From Elusimicrobiota bacterium (lineage in GTDB: Bacteria > Elusimicrobiota > Elusimicrobia > UBA1565), in the NCBI GenBank assembly GCA_043827405.1, contig JBDRPD010000099.1:1-53667 (forward strand): 53,667 bases of DNA, written 5' to 3'. Each line of letters opens with the position of its first letter. Within the stretch, counting starts at the first letter, position 1. The position numbers were made by a program, and so were the translations under genes. The notes under the pieces were generated by a model. That model saw nothing but the letters and a program-made list of their open reading frames with translations, was not told the DNA's origin and searched no databases. This document shows, piece after piece, positions 44,348 through 53,667 of the stretch.

Positions 44348-45342
44348 AAGCAGCGGCCAAGCTCACCCGGCGCCCGCTGGGACGCACCGGAATCCTGGTC
44401 TCCGAGATCGGCTTCGGCGGCTGGGGAATAGGCAAATCGATGTGGGGGCGCACCGACGACACGGACTCGCTTGCGGCCCTCCGGAGCGCGCTCAAATCCG
44501 GCATCAACTATTTCGATACCGCCGCCGTCTACGGCCATGGGCACAGCGAGCGCCTCATCGCGCAGGTGATACGCGAGGCGCGCGCCGATGCGGTCATCGG
44601 CACCAAGGTGCCGCCGAAGAATATGGAATGGCCGGCGCATTCTTCGACGCGGCTGGGCCACGCCTTCCCCGCGGACTGGGTGCTGACGCGCACGGAGCGT
44701 TCGCTGCACAATCTACGCGCCGACTGCGTCGACCTGCTGATGTTCCACGTATGGACCGACAAGTGGCTCAAAGACGCTCTGTGGGAGGACACGCTGGCCG
44801 CCTTTGTGCGCCTTAAGGAGCAGGGCAAAATCCGCGCTATCGGCATATCCATCAACTCCGATGATCCCGACTCAGCCCTGCAGGTCGTCGAAACGGGAAA
44901 CATCGACATGGTACAGGTCATCCTCAACTTGTTTGATCAGCGCGCGGTAAAACGGCTGTTCCCCTTGTGCCGCAAGCACAACGTCGGCATCGTCGTACGC
45001 TGCCCGTTCGACGAAGGCGGGCTGACCGGAACGCTGACGCCCGACACGCGCTTTGAGCCGGAGGACTTCCGCAGCTACTACTTCGGGCAGGGCCGCCTGG
45101 CGGAGACCTGCCAGCGGGCGGAGGTCCTCAAGAAGCTTCTCGTCGGCAAGCATGCGGAGACCATGGCGCAGGCGGCGCTCAAATTCTGTCTAAGCTTCCC
45201 CGAAGTCTCCAGCGTCATCCCGGGGATGCGCCTCGCCAGCCACGTGGAAGAGAACATCCGCGCGGCGAACAACCGCTATTTCGATCCGGCCCTGCTCGAA
45301 GAGCTTGCGCGGCATGCCTGGGTCAGGGATTTTTACCGCTGA
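44344..45342 (+). CDS. Aldo/keto reductase
   Basis: LGRTG..VSEIGFG, FDTAAVYG, TK, GKIRAIGIS, VIPG motifs. Confidence 0.95.
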   Translation: MKAAAKLTRRPLGRTGILVSEIGFGGWGIGKSMWGRTDDTDSLAALRSALKSGINYFDTAAVYGHGHSERLIAQVIREARADAVIGTKVPPKNMEWPAHSSTRLGHAFPADWVLTRTERSLHNLRADCVDLLMFHVWTDKWLKDALWEDTLAAFVRLKEQGKIRAIGISINSDDPDSALQVVETGNIDMVQVILNLFDQRAVKRLFPLCRKHNVGIVVRCPFDEGGLTGTLTPDTRFEPEDFRSYYFGQGRLAETCQRAEVLKKLLVGKHAETMAQAALKFCLSFPEVSSVIPGMRLASHVEENIRAANNRYFDPALLEELARHAWVRDFYR

Positions 45343-45433
45343 TTCGCGACGGCGGTGTTCTTGAATATTTAACATGCATTCCTTATCCTTTCGACAAGCG
45401 GGCGGAATAAACGGAAGCGCCGCGCGCGGGATA

Positions 45434-48406
45434 ATGAAAAGCCTGGTTATTGCGGTCATCTTAACGACAGCGGCGGCATGCCCCGCGCATGCCCGCAGCG
45501 TCGGCAAGGCTCAGGAGTTCCTCGACAAAGCGCACGACCAATACCGTGAGGGGGATTTCAACTCCGCGCTGAGCTCCCTGTCCAAATCTCTTTCGCAGCA
45601 TTCGGGCTTTCTGCCCGCCTACGCGCTGCGCGCCCAAATTCGGCACGTCCTTAACGACCGCGAAGGGATGGAGCGTGATATACATCAGGCGCTGCGCATA
45701 TCCTCGCCTCGCAAACCGGAAATGCTGACGCTGCGCGGCGACGTCCGCCTTATGAGCGGCGATATCTCGGGAGCCCTGGCGGATTTCCAGGCGGCCACTG
45801 AGCTCGACAGCGAGTACCCGGATGCGCACCTGGGCTTGGGGCGGCTGTACCGCCTGCAGGGCCGGCAGAAGGAAGCCCTCCAGGAGTGGCAGAAAGCACT
45901 CAAGCTCGACCCCAACCTCTACATTGTCCGCTACGACCTCGCCCGCGCCTACTATGAGACCGGCGAGCACGACCGGGCGATCCGTGAGGCCACGCGGGCG
46001 CTGCGCGGCAACCCGTCCTTCTTTCTGCCGTTCAACATACTCGGACTCATCTTCGCGGAACGCGGCGACTATGAGCGCGCCTTCAAATCCTATTCCAAGG
46101 CCGTCCACCTCCAGCCGCAGTTCAGCTACGCTTATATGGGCCGCGGCTTGGCCTACCTTAAGACCGGCAAGACGCGGCTCGGCCTCAACGACCTCAAGCA
46201 GGCGATCAGCACGGCCCCTGGAGACTACGCTCCGCTCTACAACCGCGGCGAGGTCTACTTCCGCCTCGGCCGCGTCGAAGAGGCCTTCGTCGACTACAAG
46301 AGGACTCTCAGCCTGCCGGTGCCGCATCCGCCCGCGGCGCAGATGATCGGCAAACGCTTCCTGGAAGCGGGCAAGGTTAACGAGGCGGCCGAGATGTTCA
46401 CCAAGGCTTTGCTGGCCGCCGAGACCCATCCGGACGCCGCCATGCAGGCATGGCGCACCAAGGCGCTGCTGAGCCGGGCCGTCGCCCTCGAGGGCATGCG
46501 TAAATACCAGCGCGCGCTCACCGATCTAAACCAGGCGGTAGCGATCAGCAGCACCTCCGCTCAGGCCTGGACCGCGCGCGGCCGCCTCTACCACCGGCTG
46601 GGCAAAGACGGTCTCGCGCTCAATGACTTCAACGAAGCCCTGAAGCTCGATCCCAATTTCGCGGCAGCCCTCTTCGCACGGGGGAACGTGCATGCCAAAG
46701 CCCGCAAATACGTCGAAGCGCTGAAAGACTATAGCGCGGCGATTACCGCCAATGACGCGTATGCCGATGCCTACAACAACCGCGGCGTGCTCTATGCCAA
46801 CGCCTTCGACGAATACGACCGGGCGGTGGACGATCTGGATCGGGCGGTCGCCCTGGAGGGGACAAACGCGGGCTATCACCTAAACCTCGGCATCGTCCGC
46901 TTCATGCGCCGGGACTACTGGAAGGCCATCGAAATCCTCGAAACGGCGGAGCAGAAGCGGGCGCCCCGCGGGCGCGTCCTGCTGTACCGGGCGCGCGCAC
47001 GCTTCGCCCTGGGCGATATCATCGGCGCCCACGCGGATATCGACGAAGCGATCAAGCTTAAGCCGAATGATTCCGACCTGTATGCGAGCAAGGGGGATTT
47101 CCTGCTCCGTTCGCGCGAATACAATCAGGCGCTCAAAACCCTCAAGAAATCCATCCGGCTGGACAAAAAGAACGACACGGCGCTCGTCTTTGAGGGCCTG
47201 GCCTACGGCGGCCAGGGCGAATACAGCCGGGCCTCGCGCAGCTTCCGGGAAGCCGCCAAGTGGGCCGAAAAGCCGTCCAAGGCGCTGACCTACCTCTGTC
47301 AGTCCGAACGCCTGCGGGGCCGCGCGCGGCGGGCGGTGAACGAATGCGAGAAAGCCCTGCGCTACAACCCGGAATTCGGCCCCGCCTACGTCCAGCGCGG
47401 GCTGGCGTTTCTCGAGTTGGGGGACTACCCGAAATCCATCCGCGACCTGGACGACGGCTCACGGCTTACGCCCGCCAGCGCCGAAGTCTACCTGGCGCGC
47501 TCCATCGCCCATGTCCCGCTTAAGCAGTACCGGGAAGCGGACGAGGCTTACCGCGAAGCCGTGGCGCTCGATTACAGCGTCAAGTTCGCGGACCTGACCC
47601 TCGGGCTCCAGCCGACGGCCAAGTGGGACTACGAGCGGAGCATCGACTCGTTCGCCCGCCAGCTGGAACGCGACGGAGACAACCCCTACACCAATCTTGT
47701 CCGCGGCAACGCTCTACATAACGCCGGCTACTTCGACCGCGCTATTCTGGAATATACGCGCGCGATGGAGATCAACGGACGCCTGACCGCGGCCTACCTC
47801 GACCGCGGCGCGGCGCTCGCCGCCCAGGAATCGCTCGACGCCGCCGAGTTCGACTTCCGCCGCGCAGTCGAACTGAGCCCGCATGATCCGGATACCCACA
47901 TCGGGCTGGTGACGCTGCTGACCTCGCGCAGCAAGTACGCGCAGGCCCTCAAGACCGTCATCGCCGCGCTCAAGAAGCAGTCGGACAACCCGAACCCGCA
48001 GACCTTCGTCCAGGCCGGCAACCTCCGCTACTTCCTGAAGGACATCCGGCGGGCGATGGTCAACTTCAAGCTGGCGCTGAAATTCGACCCGCAGCACGCC
48101 GCCGCCTATAACGGCCTGGGCCTCTGCCATTTTGCCCGCCGCGAGCACAAGGAGGCGCTGGAGAACTTCAGCCGGGCCATCGCTCTCGAACCCCAGCGCG
48201 ACCGCTTCCTGCGCAACCGCGCCTCCACCTTCGTCAACCTCCGCGACTTCGCCAACGCGGCCGCCGACTACCGCCTGGCGCTCCGCGTCAACCGGGACCC
48301 CGAAAAAGTCGACGAATACCAGAATCTGATCGCGAACAGCGAACGCATGATCAAGGACGGACCCGGCGCTTCCGCCAAGAAGACAACCAAGAGCCCCGGT
48401 CAATGA
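45434..48406 (+). CDS. Exported multi-TPR protein (~990 aa)
   Basis: Signal peptide MKSLVIAVILTTAAACPAHA, then continuous TPR periodicity (YNRG, A..D...A..LDP). Confidence 0.92.
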   Translation: MKSLVIAVILTTAAACPAHARSVGKAQEFLDKAHDQYREGDFNSALSSLSKSLSQHSGFLPAYALRAQIRHVLNDREGMERDIHQALRISSPRKPEMLTLRGDVRLMSGDISGALADFQAATELDSEYPDAHLGLGRLYRLQGRQKEALQEWQKALKLDPNLYIVRYDLARAYYETGEHDRAIREATRALRGNPSFFLPFNILGLIFAERGDYERAFKSYSKAVHLQPQFSYAYMGRGLAYLKTGKTRLGLNDLKQAISTAPGDYAPLYNRGEVYFRLGRVEEAFVDYKRTLSLPVPHPPAAQMIGKRFLEAGKVNEAAEMFTKALLAAETHPDAAMQAWRTKALLSRAVALEGMRKYQRALTDLNQAVAISSTSAQAWTARGRLYHRLGKDGLALNDFNEALKLDPNFAAALFARGNVHAKARKYVEALKDYSAAITANDAYADAYNNRGVLYANAFDEYDRAVDDLDRAVALEGTNAGYHLNLGIVRFMRRDYWKAIEILETAEQKRAPRGRVLLYRARARFALGDIIGAHADIDEAIKLKPNDSDLYASKGDFLLRSREYNQALKTLKKSIRLDKKNDTALVFEGLAYGGQGEYSRASRSFREAAKWAEKPSKALTYLCQSERLRGRARRAVNECEKALRYNPEFGPAYVQRGLAFLELGDYPKSIRDLDDGSRLTPASAEVYLARSIAHVPLKQYREADEAYREAVALDYSVKFADLTLGLQPTAKWDYERSIDSFARQLERDGDNPYTNLVRGNALHNAGYFDRAILEYTRAMEINGRLTAAYLDRGAALAAQESLDAAEFDFRRAVELSPHDPDTHIGLVTLLTSRSKYAQALKTVIAALKKQSDNPNPQTFVQAGNLRYFLKDIRRAMVNFKLALKFDPQHAAAYNGLGLCHFARREHKEALENFSRAIALEPQRDRFLRNRASTFVNLRDFANAAADYRLALRVNRDPEKVDEYQNLIANSERMIKDGPGASAKKTTKSPGQ

Positions 48407-49269
48407 GGCTGACCGAGCTCTTTGCCGGGACCGCGCCGGTCTTCTCTTTTGAATTTTTCCTGCCCAAAACCACGGACGACATGGCGCGCTTCAAGCGCAT
48501 GGTCGGCCGTCTGCAGGCGCTCGAGCCCTCCTTTGTTACCATAACCTACGGCGCCGGCGGCTCGGAGCGCGGCCGCACGATCGAAACGGCGGGAATGATC
48601 CAGCGCGAGCTCGGCATCGAGACGGCCGCCCACCTCACCTGCATCGGCCACACCCGCTCCGAGATCGAGGACATCCTGCGGCGCATCGGCGACTACGGCA
48701 TTGAGAACATCGTCGCCCTGCGCGGCGACCAGCCCAAGGACGCGGCGGCGGTCTCCGCCGCGGGGCGGGAGCTGCCCTACGCCCGCGACCTGGTCGAGAT
48801 CATCCGTGCCCGCAGGGGATTCGCCGTCGCGGTCGCGGGCTACCCGGAGACGCACCCGGAAGCCGCCGATGCCGCGACCGACCTCGCGCACCTGAAGGCC
48901 AAGGTGGACGCGGGCGCCGACTGGATCATCACCCAGCTGTTCTTTCGCAACGCGGATTATTTCAGCTTTGTCGAGCGCGCCCGGGCCGCCGGCATCACCT
49001 GCCCGATCGTCCCGGGCATCATGCCGGTAACGAGCTTCGCCCAGACCAAGCGCTTCAGCGAAATGTGCGGCGCCACCCTGCCCGACGAGATGACCGAAGC
49101 GCTCAGCCGCATCGCCGAAGACAAAGAAGCCATTGTGCGCTACGGCGTCGAGTACGCGACCCGGCAATGCCGCGAGCTGCTCGAAAAGGGCGCGCCCGGA
49201 GTGCACTTCTACACCATCAACAAATCACGCTCGACGGCCGACATTCTTTCACGTCTCAGAAAGGCATGA
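48403..49269 (+). CDS. metF: Methylenetetrahydrofolate reductase
   Basis: SFEFF, VTITYGAGG, AHLTC, ALRGD, GYPETHPE, ITQLFF, PGIMP, HFYT. Confidence 0.97.
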   Translation: MRLTELFAGTAPVFSFEFFLPKTTDDMARFKRMVGRLQALEPSFVTITYGAGGSERGRTIETAGMIQRELGIETAAHLTCIGHTRSEIEDILRRIGDYGIENIVALRGDQPKDAAAVSAAGRELPYARDLVEIIRARRGFAVAVAGYPETHPEAADAATDLAHLKAKVDAGADWIITQLFFRNADYFSFVERARAAGITCPIVPGIMPVTSFAQTKRFSEMCGATLPDEMTEALSRIAEDKEAIVRYGVEYATRQCRELLEKGAPGVHFYTINKSRSTADILSRLRKA

Positions 49270-50951
49270 GCGGCCGCCTGCCGCTGGGCCTGCTGCTGGC
49301 GGCCTGCTTCGCCGCGCCCGCGGCGGCCGGCACGCCGGAGGCGCCGCGAATACGCGATGTCCGCATCGAACGCGTCAATGTATTCGATCCCAAGGTCCCC
49401 GGTGAGGACTGGCTGCTGTTCCGCATCGCCAACCGGATCCATATTCCGACGCGCCGGCGCGTCATCCTGCAGGAGAACCTGCTGCCTCCAGGAAGCCCCT
49501 GGGATCCCGTAAAGGCCATCGAAATTGAACGCAACCTGCGCTCGCTCGGATTCATCCGCGGGGCCGCGGTCCGCTCGCTGCCGGCGGAGCCGGGGCGTAT
49601 CGACCTCGAGATCCGCTCGCAGGACTCCTGGACGCTGCAGCCGACCCTCGGCGTCGGCACCGAGGGAGGGGACAGCTATTTCGTCTATGGGGTAGAGGAA
49701 AACAACCTGCTCGGGCTGGGCAAGACGGTCAGCTTTTATCGCTCGCATAAGAAGGGAGAGCGGCGCAGCGAGGCGACCTACGGAGATCCCCGCGTATGGG
49801 GGACGCGCCAGAAACTCACGGCGCTGTACGCCCGCCAGGAGGAAGGCGATGAACTCGGCGTGCGCGTCGACCGCCCGTTCTTTTCTTTCGAGGCGCCGTT
49901 CGCTACCGACATCTCATGGGCCCGGACCAACGAGGTCAACCAGCTCTACCGCAACGGCGAGGAAATCTCGGAGTTTAACCACAACTTCCACGCCGTACGC
50001 TCGGAGTTCGCGGCCCGGGTCGGACGATCCAAGACCTGGGTTCAGCGCGTGCATGTGGGCACGATCTACGAGCGTGAGCGATTTTTCAACAAGGCGGAAA
50101 CGGCGGGCGGAACCCTGCCCGGCGACCGCACGCTGTCGGGGCCGATGTTCGGCTATTCCTGGATTCAGCCGCAGTACCTCCGCGAAACGAATATCGACAA
50201 AATGCACCGGGTGGAAGACTTCAATCTCGGCAACGAGTTCTCCGCCGGAGTCGCTCCGATCCTGAACTCCTGGGGCGCCGACGCCGACCGCCTCATGTTC
50301 TCGGCGCTCACCCAGCAGGGCTACGCCCTCACGGACGGACGCTTCATCCTCGGCCAGGTCGGAACCCAAGGCCGGCTCGCGGACGGCGACCGTCTTGAAA
50401 ACGCGATGATCTTCTGCAACCTCAATCTGTTCTGGAAGCACCGCTGGCCTTTTCCCCAGACCTTTGTCGGGCATCTGGAGTTCAATAACGCCAAGAACCT
50501 GGACGGCGAGAAACAGATTCTGCTCGGCGGCAAGACCGGCCTGCGCGGCTACAAGCAAAACAGCTTCACCGGCTCGCGCAGCATCCTGCTTAATATCGAA
50601 AACCGGTTCTTCTACGATCGTGAAATTATGCATCTCATGCATGCGGGCGCCGTGGTCTTTTTCGATATCGGCGCGGTGGCGCGCGAGGGCTACCCATCGC
50701 GTCACGACCAATTCAAGTCGGATGTCGGCTTCGGCTTCCGGCTGAGCGGTTCGCGAGCGGCCACCGGCACCGTCCTGCGCGGCGATGTGGCCTACGCCCT
50801 CAACCGCGGGCCGGGTCCGGACCGCTGGGTTTTTTCCTTGGTCGCGGGGCAAGGCTTCGCCATTTTCAACAGCTCGAACCGCCAGCTCTTCAGCCAGCCC
50901 GACAACGCTCTTACCGACAGCGGGAACAAGAACCGCCTCATCCGCCGCTAG
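49266..50951 (+). CDS. Omp85-superfamily (BamA/TamA-like) outer-membrane protein
   Basis: Signal peptide, POTRA-like ERNLRSLGF, QDSWTL, ENNLLGLG, LGG..GLRGY, FFDIG, GFGFR. Confidence 0.85.
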   Translation: MSGRLPLGLLLAACFAAPAAAGTPEAPRIRDVRIERVNVFDPKVPGEDWLLFRIANRIHIPTRRRVILQENLLPPGSPWDPVKAIEIERNLRSLGFIRGAAVRSLPAEPGRIDLEIRSQDSWTLQPTLGVGTEGGDSYFVYGVEENNLLGLGKTVSFYRSHKKGERRSEATYGDPRVWGTRQKLTALYARQEEGDELGVRVDRPFFSFEAPFATDISWARTNEVNQLYRNGEEISEFNHNFHAVRSEFAARVGRSKTWVQRVHVGTIYERERFFNKAETAGGTLPGDRTLSGPMFGYSWIQPQYLRETNIDKMHRVEDFNLGNEFSAGVAPILNSWGADADRLMFSALTQQGYALTDGRFILGQVGTQGRLADGDRLENAMIFCNLNLFWKHRWPFPQTFVGHLEFNNAKNLDGEKQILLGGKTGLRGYKQNSFTGSRSILLNIENRFFYDREIMHLMHAGAVVFFDIGAVAREGYPSRHDQFKSDVGFGFRLSGSRAATGTVLRGDVAYALNRGPGPDRWVFSLVAGQGFAIFNSSNRQLFSQPDNALTDSGNKNRLIRR

Positions 50952-50970
50952 ATTTTTATAGGATGACAGC

Positions 50971-53049
50971 ATGAATAAACATGCGCACTCATCGTCGCTG
51001 GGCAAATGGATTCTCATCGGCGCGGGCGGCCTCGTCCTGCTGCTGGCCGGTGCCGCCATAACTCTCAAGCTCATGTTCCCGGCCGCGAAAATACAACGCA
51101 TCGCGCTGGAGAAGCTGCAGTCGGCCCTCGAGCGCGAGGTGCGCATCGCCGACGCCTCCATCGGGATCGGCGGTGCCCGGCTGGAGGGCCTCGAGGTTTC
51201 ACAGCGCCCGGATTTCGCCGCCGGGACTTTGCTTACAGCACAAACTCTCGATATCCGGCTCCGCCTGCTGCCGCTGCTGCTGCGCCGGGAAGTTCAGATC
51301 GTACGGATTTCACTGGTGGACTGGAAAGTAAGCATCGCGGCCGGTCAAGCCGCAGGCTCTCCGCCGCAGAGCGGCGCCGCGGCGGCGTCCGCCGGCGCTC
51401 CCGCCCTGGCGATCGCCCAGCTGCGCATTAAGGGCGGCGAGGTTGAATACCAAGACAAGAAGGCCGGCACCTCGGTGCGCCTTACCGATATAGCGGGAGA
51501 AGCGGACGATATCCGCCTCGACCAAGCCTTTGCCGCGCGGCTCGCTTTTTCCTATGCGCTGGGCCAAGGGGAAGAAGCCGCCACGGGCACTATCGACTTC
51601 GCCGGTACCGTCGATGCGGGCGGCGGAGATCCCGCCAAGATCAAGCTGCGGGCACAACCCCTCAAAGCGGACTACGCCGGGCTGCGGCTGGAGCTGGCCG
51701 GCGAGCTCGTCGGCGCCGATAAGCCCGCGTTGGACTGCGAGCTTTCCATACCGGCTCTGCCCTACGCGAAGCTCAAGAAGCTCGCCGGCGGAGTCCCCGC
51801 GGGGCTGGACCTCCCCGCGCTTAAAGGCAGGCTGCGGGTGCGCTACGCCGATGGGCTGGTTGACCTCAAGGAGCTGGAGCTCAAGGGCAAGGGAGCCGCG
51901 CTGAAGCTCGCCGCGCGGCAGTCGACAAAGAGCTGGTCCATCGCGCCGTCCCGCCTGCAGTGGCAGAGCTTTGACCTGCAGTTCCGCGGTGAGGTAAATC
52001 CGCCGCCGAAAAAGAACGGCGAGATGCGGCTGGATCTCAAGCTCGATTCCAACCGCATCGCGCTGGCCGAGCTGGCCGCCGCCGCGCCGAAGGCCGTACC
52101 GGAAGGCCTGACCGGCAACGCCGAGTTTCACGTTCGCGTAAGCGGAAATGCCTCGGCGCCGGCGGTCGCGGGCAGCGCGCAGTTCACCGGAGTGGGCTTC
52201 GCCGCTTCCGGTCAGCAGCTGAGCGGATTGGAAGGCAAGGTCGATTTCTCGCCGCAGACGGTGAAAGGCGAGCTCAAGGGGATGATGAACAACGGCGCTC
52301 TGCAGCTGCGCCTCGACGCGCGCGATTACAGCGGCCGGCGCCCGAGCTACCAGCTCGACGGCTCGCTCTCGGAGCTCGATCTCGGCAAGCTGCCTTCCGC
52401 CCCGGCATCCGCGCCGGCAGCGGACGGCAAGAGCGCGCCGGCCGCCGCCGCGGACGCCCAGCCCATCGCCACCGGAGGGAGCTTCGAAATCGGGAAAATC
52501 ATGCACCCGAAGTTCCAGGCGGGAAAGACCACCGTCCGCTGGGACCTCAAAGAGCTGACGCCCGATCTAAAGCGCCTCGGCGGCACGCTGAAGTTCGACG
52601 TCGGGCAGGGACAGTTCAAAGACCTGAAAAGTCTCAGCGACAAGCCGCTGGTTAAAATCGTGCTGATGCCGGTCATCATCCTGCAGAAGGTCGCGCACCT
52701 GGTCAAGGTCCCGCTGTTTCCCAAGTTCGACCAGGTGGACTTCAAGGAGATCACCGGGGACTACAGCTTCGCCAAGGGCATCATGCAGGTCAAGGAATCC
52801 CATCTCGACTCCAGGATCGCCTATGCCGGTATGACGGGCAGCGCCGACCTGGGGAAAGACCGTCTCGACCTGCGCGTTTCCACCCGGCTCCCCGTCAAGC
52901 AGATCGCCGGACCAATCGGCTTTAAGGTCCGCGGCACGCTGGCGCAACCCGAGGTCAAGCTCGACACCGCGGCCATTCTGAAGCAGCCGGCGGTGGAGCA
53001 GGCCCTCGATCAGGGCAAGAAGCTCCTTGAAGGTCTTTTTAGACGCTAA
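50971..53049 (+). CDS. AsmA-family protein
   Basis: N-terminal TM anchor, LEREVRI...LRLLPLL, repeated beta-strand segments, C-terminal KVRGTLAQPEV. Confidence 0.85.
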   Translation: MNKHAHSSSLGKWILIGAGGLVLLLAGAAITLKLMFPAAKIQRIALEKLQSALEREVRIADASIGIGGARLEGLEVSQRPDFAAGTLLTAQTLDIRLRLLPLLLRREVQIVRISLVDWKVSIAAGQAAGSPPQSGAAAASAGAPALAIAQLRIKGGEVEYQDKKAGTSVRLTDIAGEADDIRLDQAFAARLAFSYALGQGEEAATGTIDFAGTVDAGGGDPAKIKLRAQPLKADYAGLRLELAGELVGADKPALDCELSIPALPYAKLKKLAGGVPAGLDLPALKGRLRVRYADGLVDLKELELKGKGAALKLAARQSTKSWSIAPSRLQWQSFDLQFRGEVNPPPKKNGEMRLDLKLDSNRIALAELAAAAPKAVPEGLTGNAEFHVRVSGNASAPAVAGSAQFTGVGFAASGQQLSGLEGKVDFSPQTVKGELKGMMNNGALQLRLDARDYSGRRPSYQLDGSLSELDLGKLPSAPASAPAADGKSAPAAAADAQPIATGGSFEIGKIMHPKFQAGKTTVRWDLKELTPDLKRLGGTLKFDVGQGQFKDLKSLSDKPLVKIVLMPVIILQKVAHLVKVPLFPKFDQVDFKEITGDYSFAKGIMQVKESHLDSRIAYAGMTGSADLGKDRLDLRVSTRLPVKQIAGPIGFKVRGTLAQPEVKLDTAAILKQPAVEQALDQGKKLLEGLFRR

Positions 53050-53055
53050 AGGCAG

Positions 53056-53667
53056 CTAGTCCTTAGTCGCCAGTATCTGCTTGACGACGCTGACTTTTCC
53101 GTCGAGGACGGAAGCGTAGGTCAAAAACAGGTGCCAGGCCCGCTCGATCGTCGGGTTGATCAGATGCCGCGTTCGCGGCAGGTTCTCGACGTAGCGCCGG
53201 TACCAGTGGCGCAAAGTCTTGCCATAGTGCCCGTAGCGGTAATGCACCTGCCGCACCTTGAAGCCTGCCTCCTCCATGACCTGCAGGTGCACATGTACCG
53301 GAAACTGGAAATGATCGGGGAATACGTACTTCTGGCTGAAGGTCCCCGACAGCGAGTTGTAGTTGTCTATGCCGTCCTGGTTGGCGGGCGGCACGATCCC
53401 GTGCATCCAGAACCTGCCGCCGCTCTTGAGCAGGCCGTAGACGTGCCGGTAGTAGCGCCGGATTTCGGAGCGGTCGAGATGCGACACCATGCCGCAGGTG
53501 TAGATCTTGTCGCAGCTCCCGTCAGCCGGCAGGTCGAAGTAATGCCGCAGGTCCATATTTTTGGAGTACCCTTCGTCGATCTGGTGCTGCGACAGCGTAA
53601 TGCCGCGCGCGTCGCGGCAGCCGAACTCCGTTTCCGCCAGCCGCACCATGTAGCCGTAGCCGCAGCC
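53056..53667 (-). CDS. SAM-dependent methyltransferase, cyclopropane-fatty-acid-synthase-like (5'-partial)
   Basis: GCGYG, GITLS..Q, KYVFP, HYGKTLRHW; the frame is open at the right edge. Confidence 0.8.
   Translation of the reverse strand, partial: GCGYGYMVRLAETEFGCRDARGITLSQHQIDEGYSKNMDLRHYFDLPADGSCDKIYTCGMVSHLDRSEIRRYYRHVYGLLKSGGRFWMHGIVPPANQDGIDNYNSLSGTFSQKYVFPDHFQFPVHVHLQVMEEAGFKVRQVHYRYGHYGKTLRHWYRRYVENLPRTRHLINPTIERAWHLFLTYASVLDGKVSVVKQILATKD

Overview
High-GC bacterial chromosomal window. The gene repertoire (giant exported proteins, TPR-TM-Ser/Thr kinases, ankyrin-caspase lipoprotein) is reminiscent of Elusimicrobiota; this taxon call is inference only. From left to right: (1) a giant exported protein on the minus strand (>3280 aa, start 9851, open off the left edge and missing from the ORF track); (2) adh, a small exported protein, an ankyrin-caspase lipoprotein, a YkgJ-type protein, rimO and an IS3 remnant; (3) an ~8.6 kb xis/int island integrated at tRNA-Ser(GCT), flanked by a duplicated 5' half of the tRNA and by arm-type repeats. 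It carries a MepA-like peptidase, two paralogous secreted proteins with different C-termini, each followed by a small gene (polymorphic toxin/immunity layout), and an IS110 remnant; (4) an RF-like GGQ protein, hicB and an internally deleted hicA; (5) a 4027 aa exported protein that appears to fuse a long coiled coil, a beta-barrel-like domain and about three tandem TolC-like protomers, preceded by two TPR-TM Ser/Thr kinases and a pseudokinase; (6) clpS-like, aldo/keto reductase, TPR protein, metF, Omp85-family, AsmA-family and a partial cfa-like gene. A clustered 16-bp palindrome (TAGGNC-N4-GNCCTA) lies upstream of both giant genes and of the island's secreted cargo, suggesting one regulon. 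All domain calls are by eye; no searches were run.
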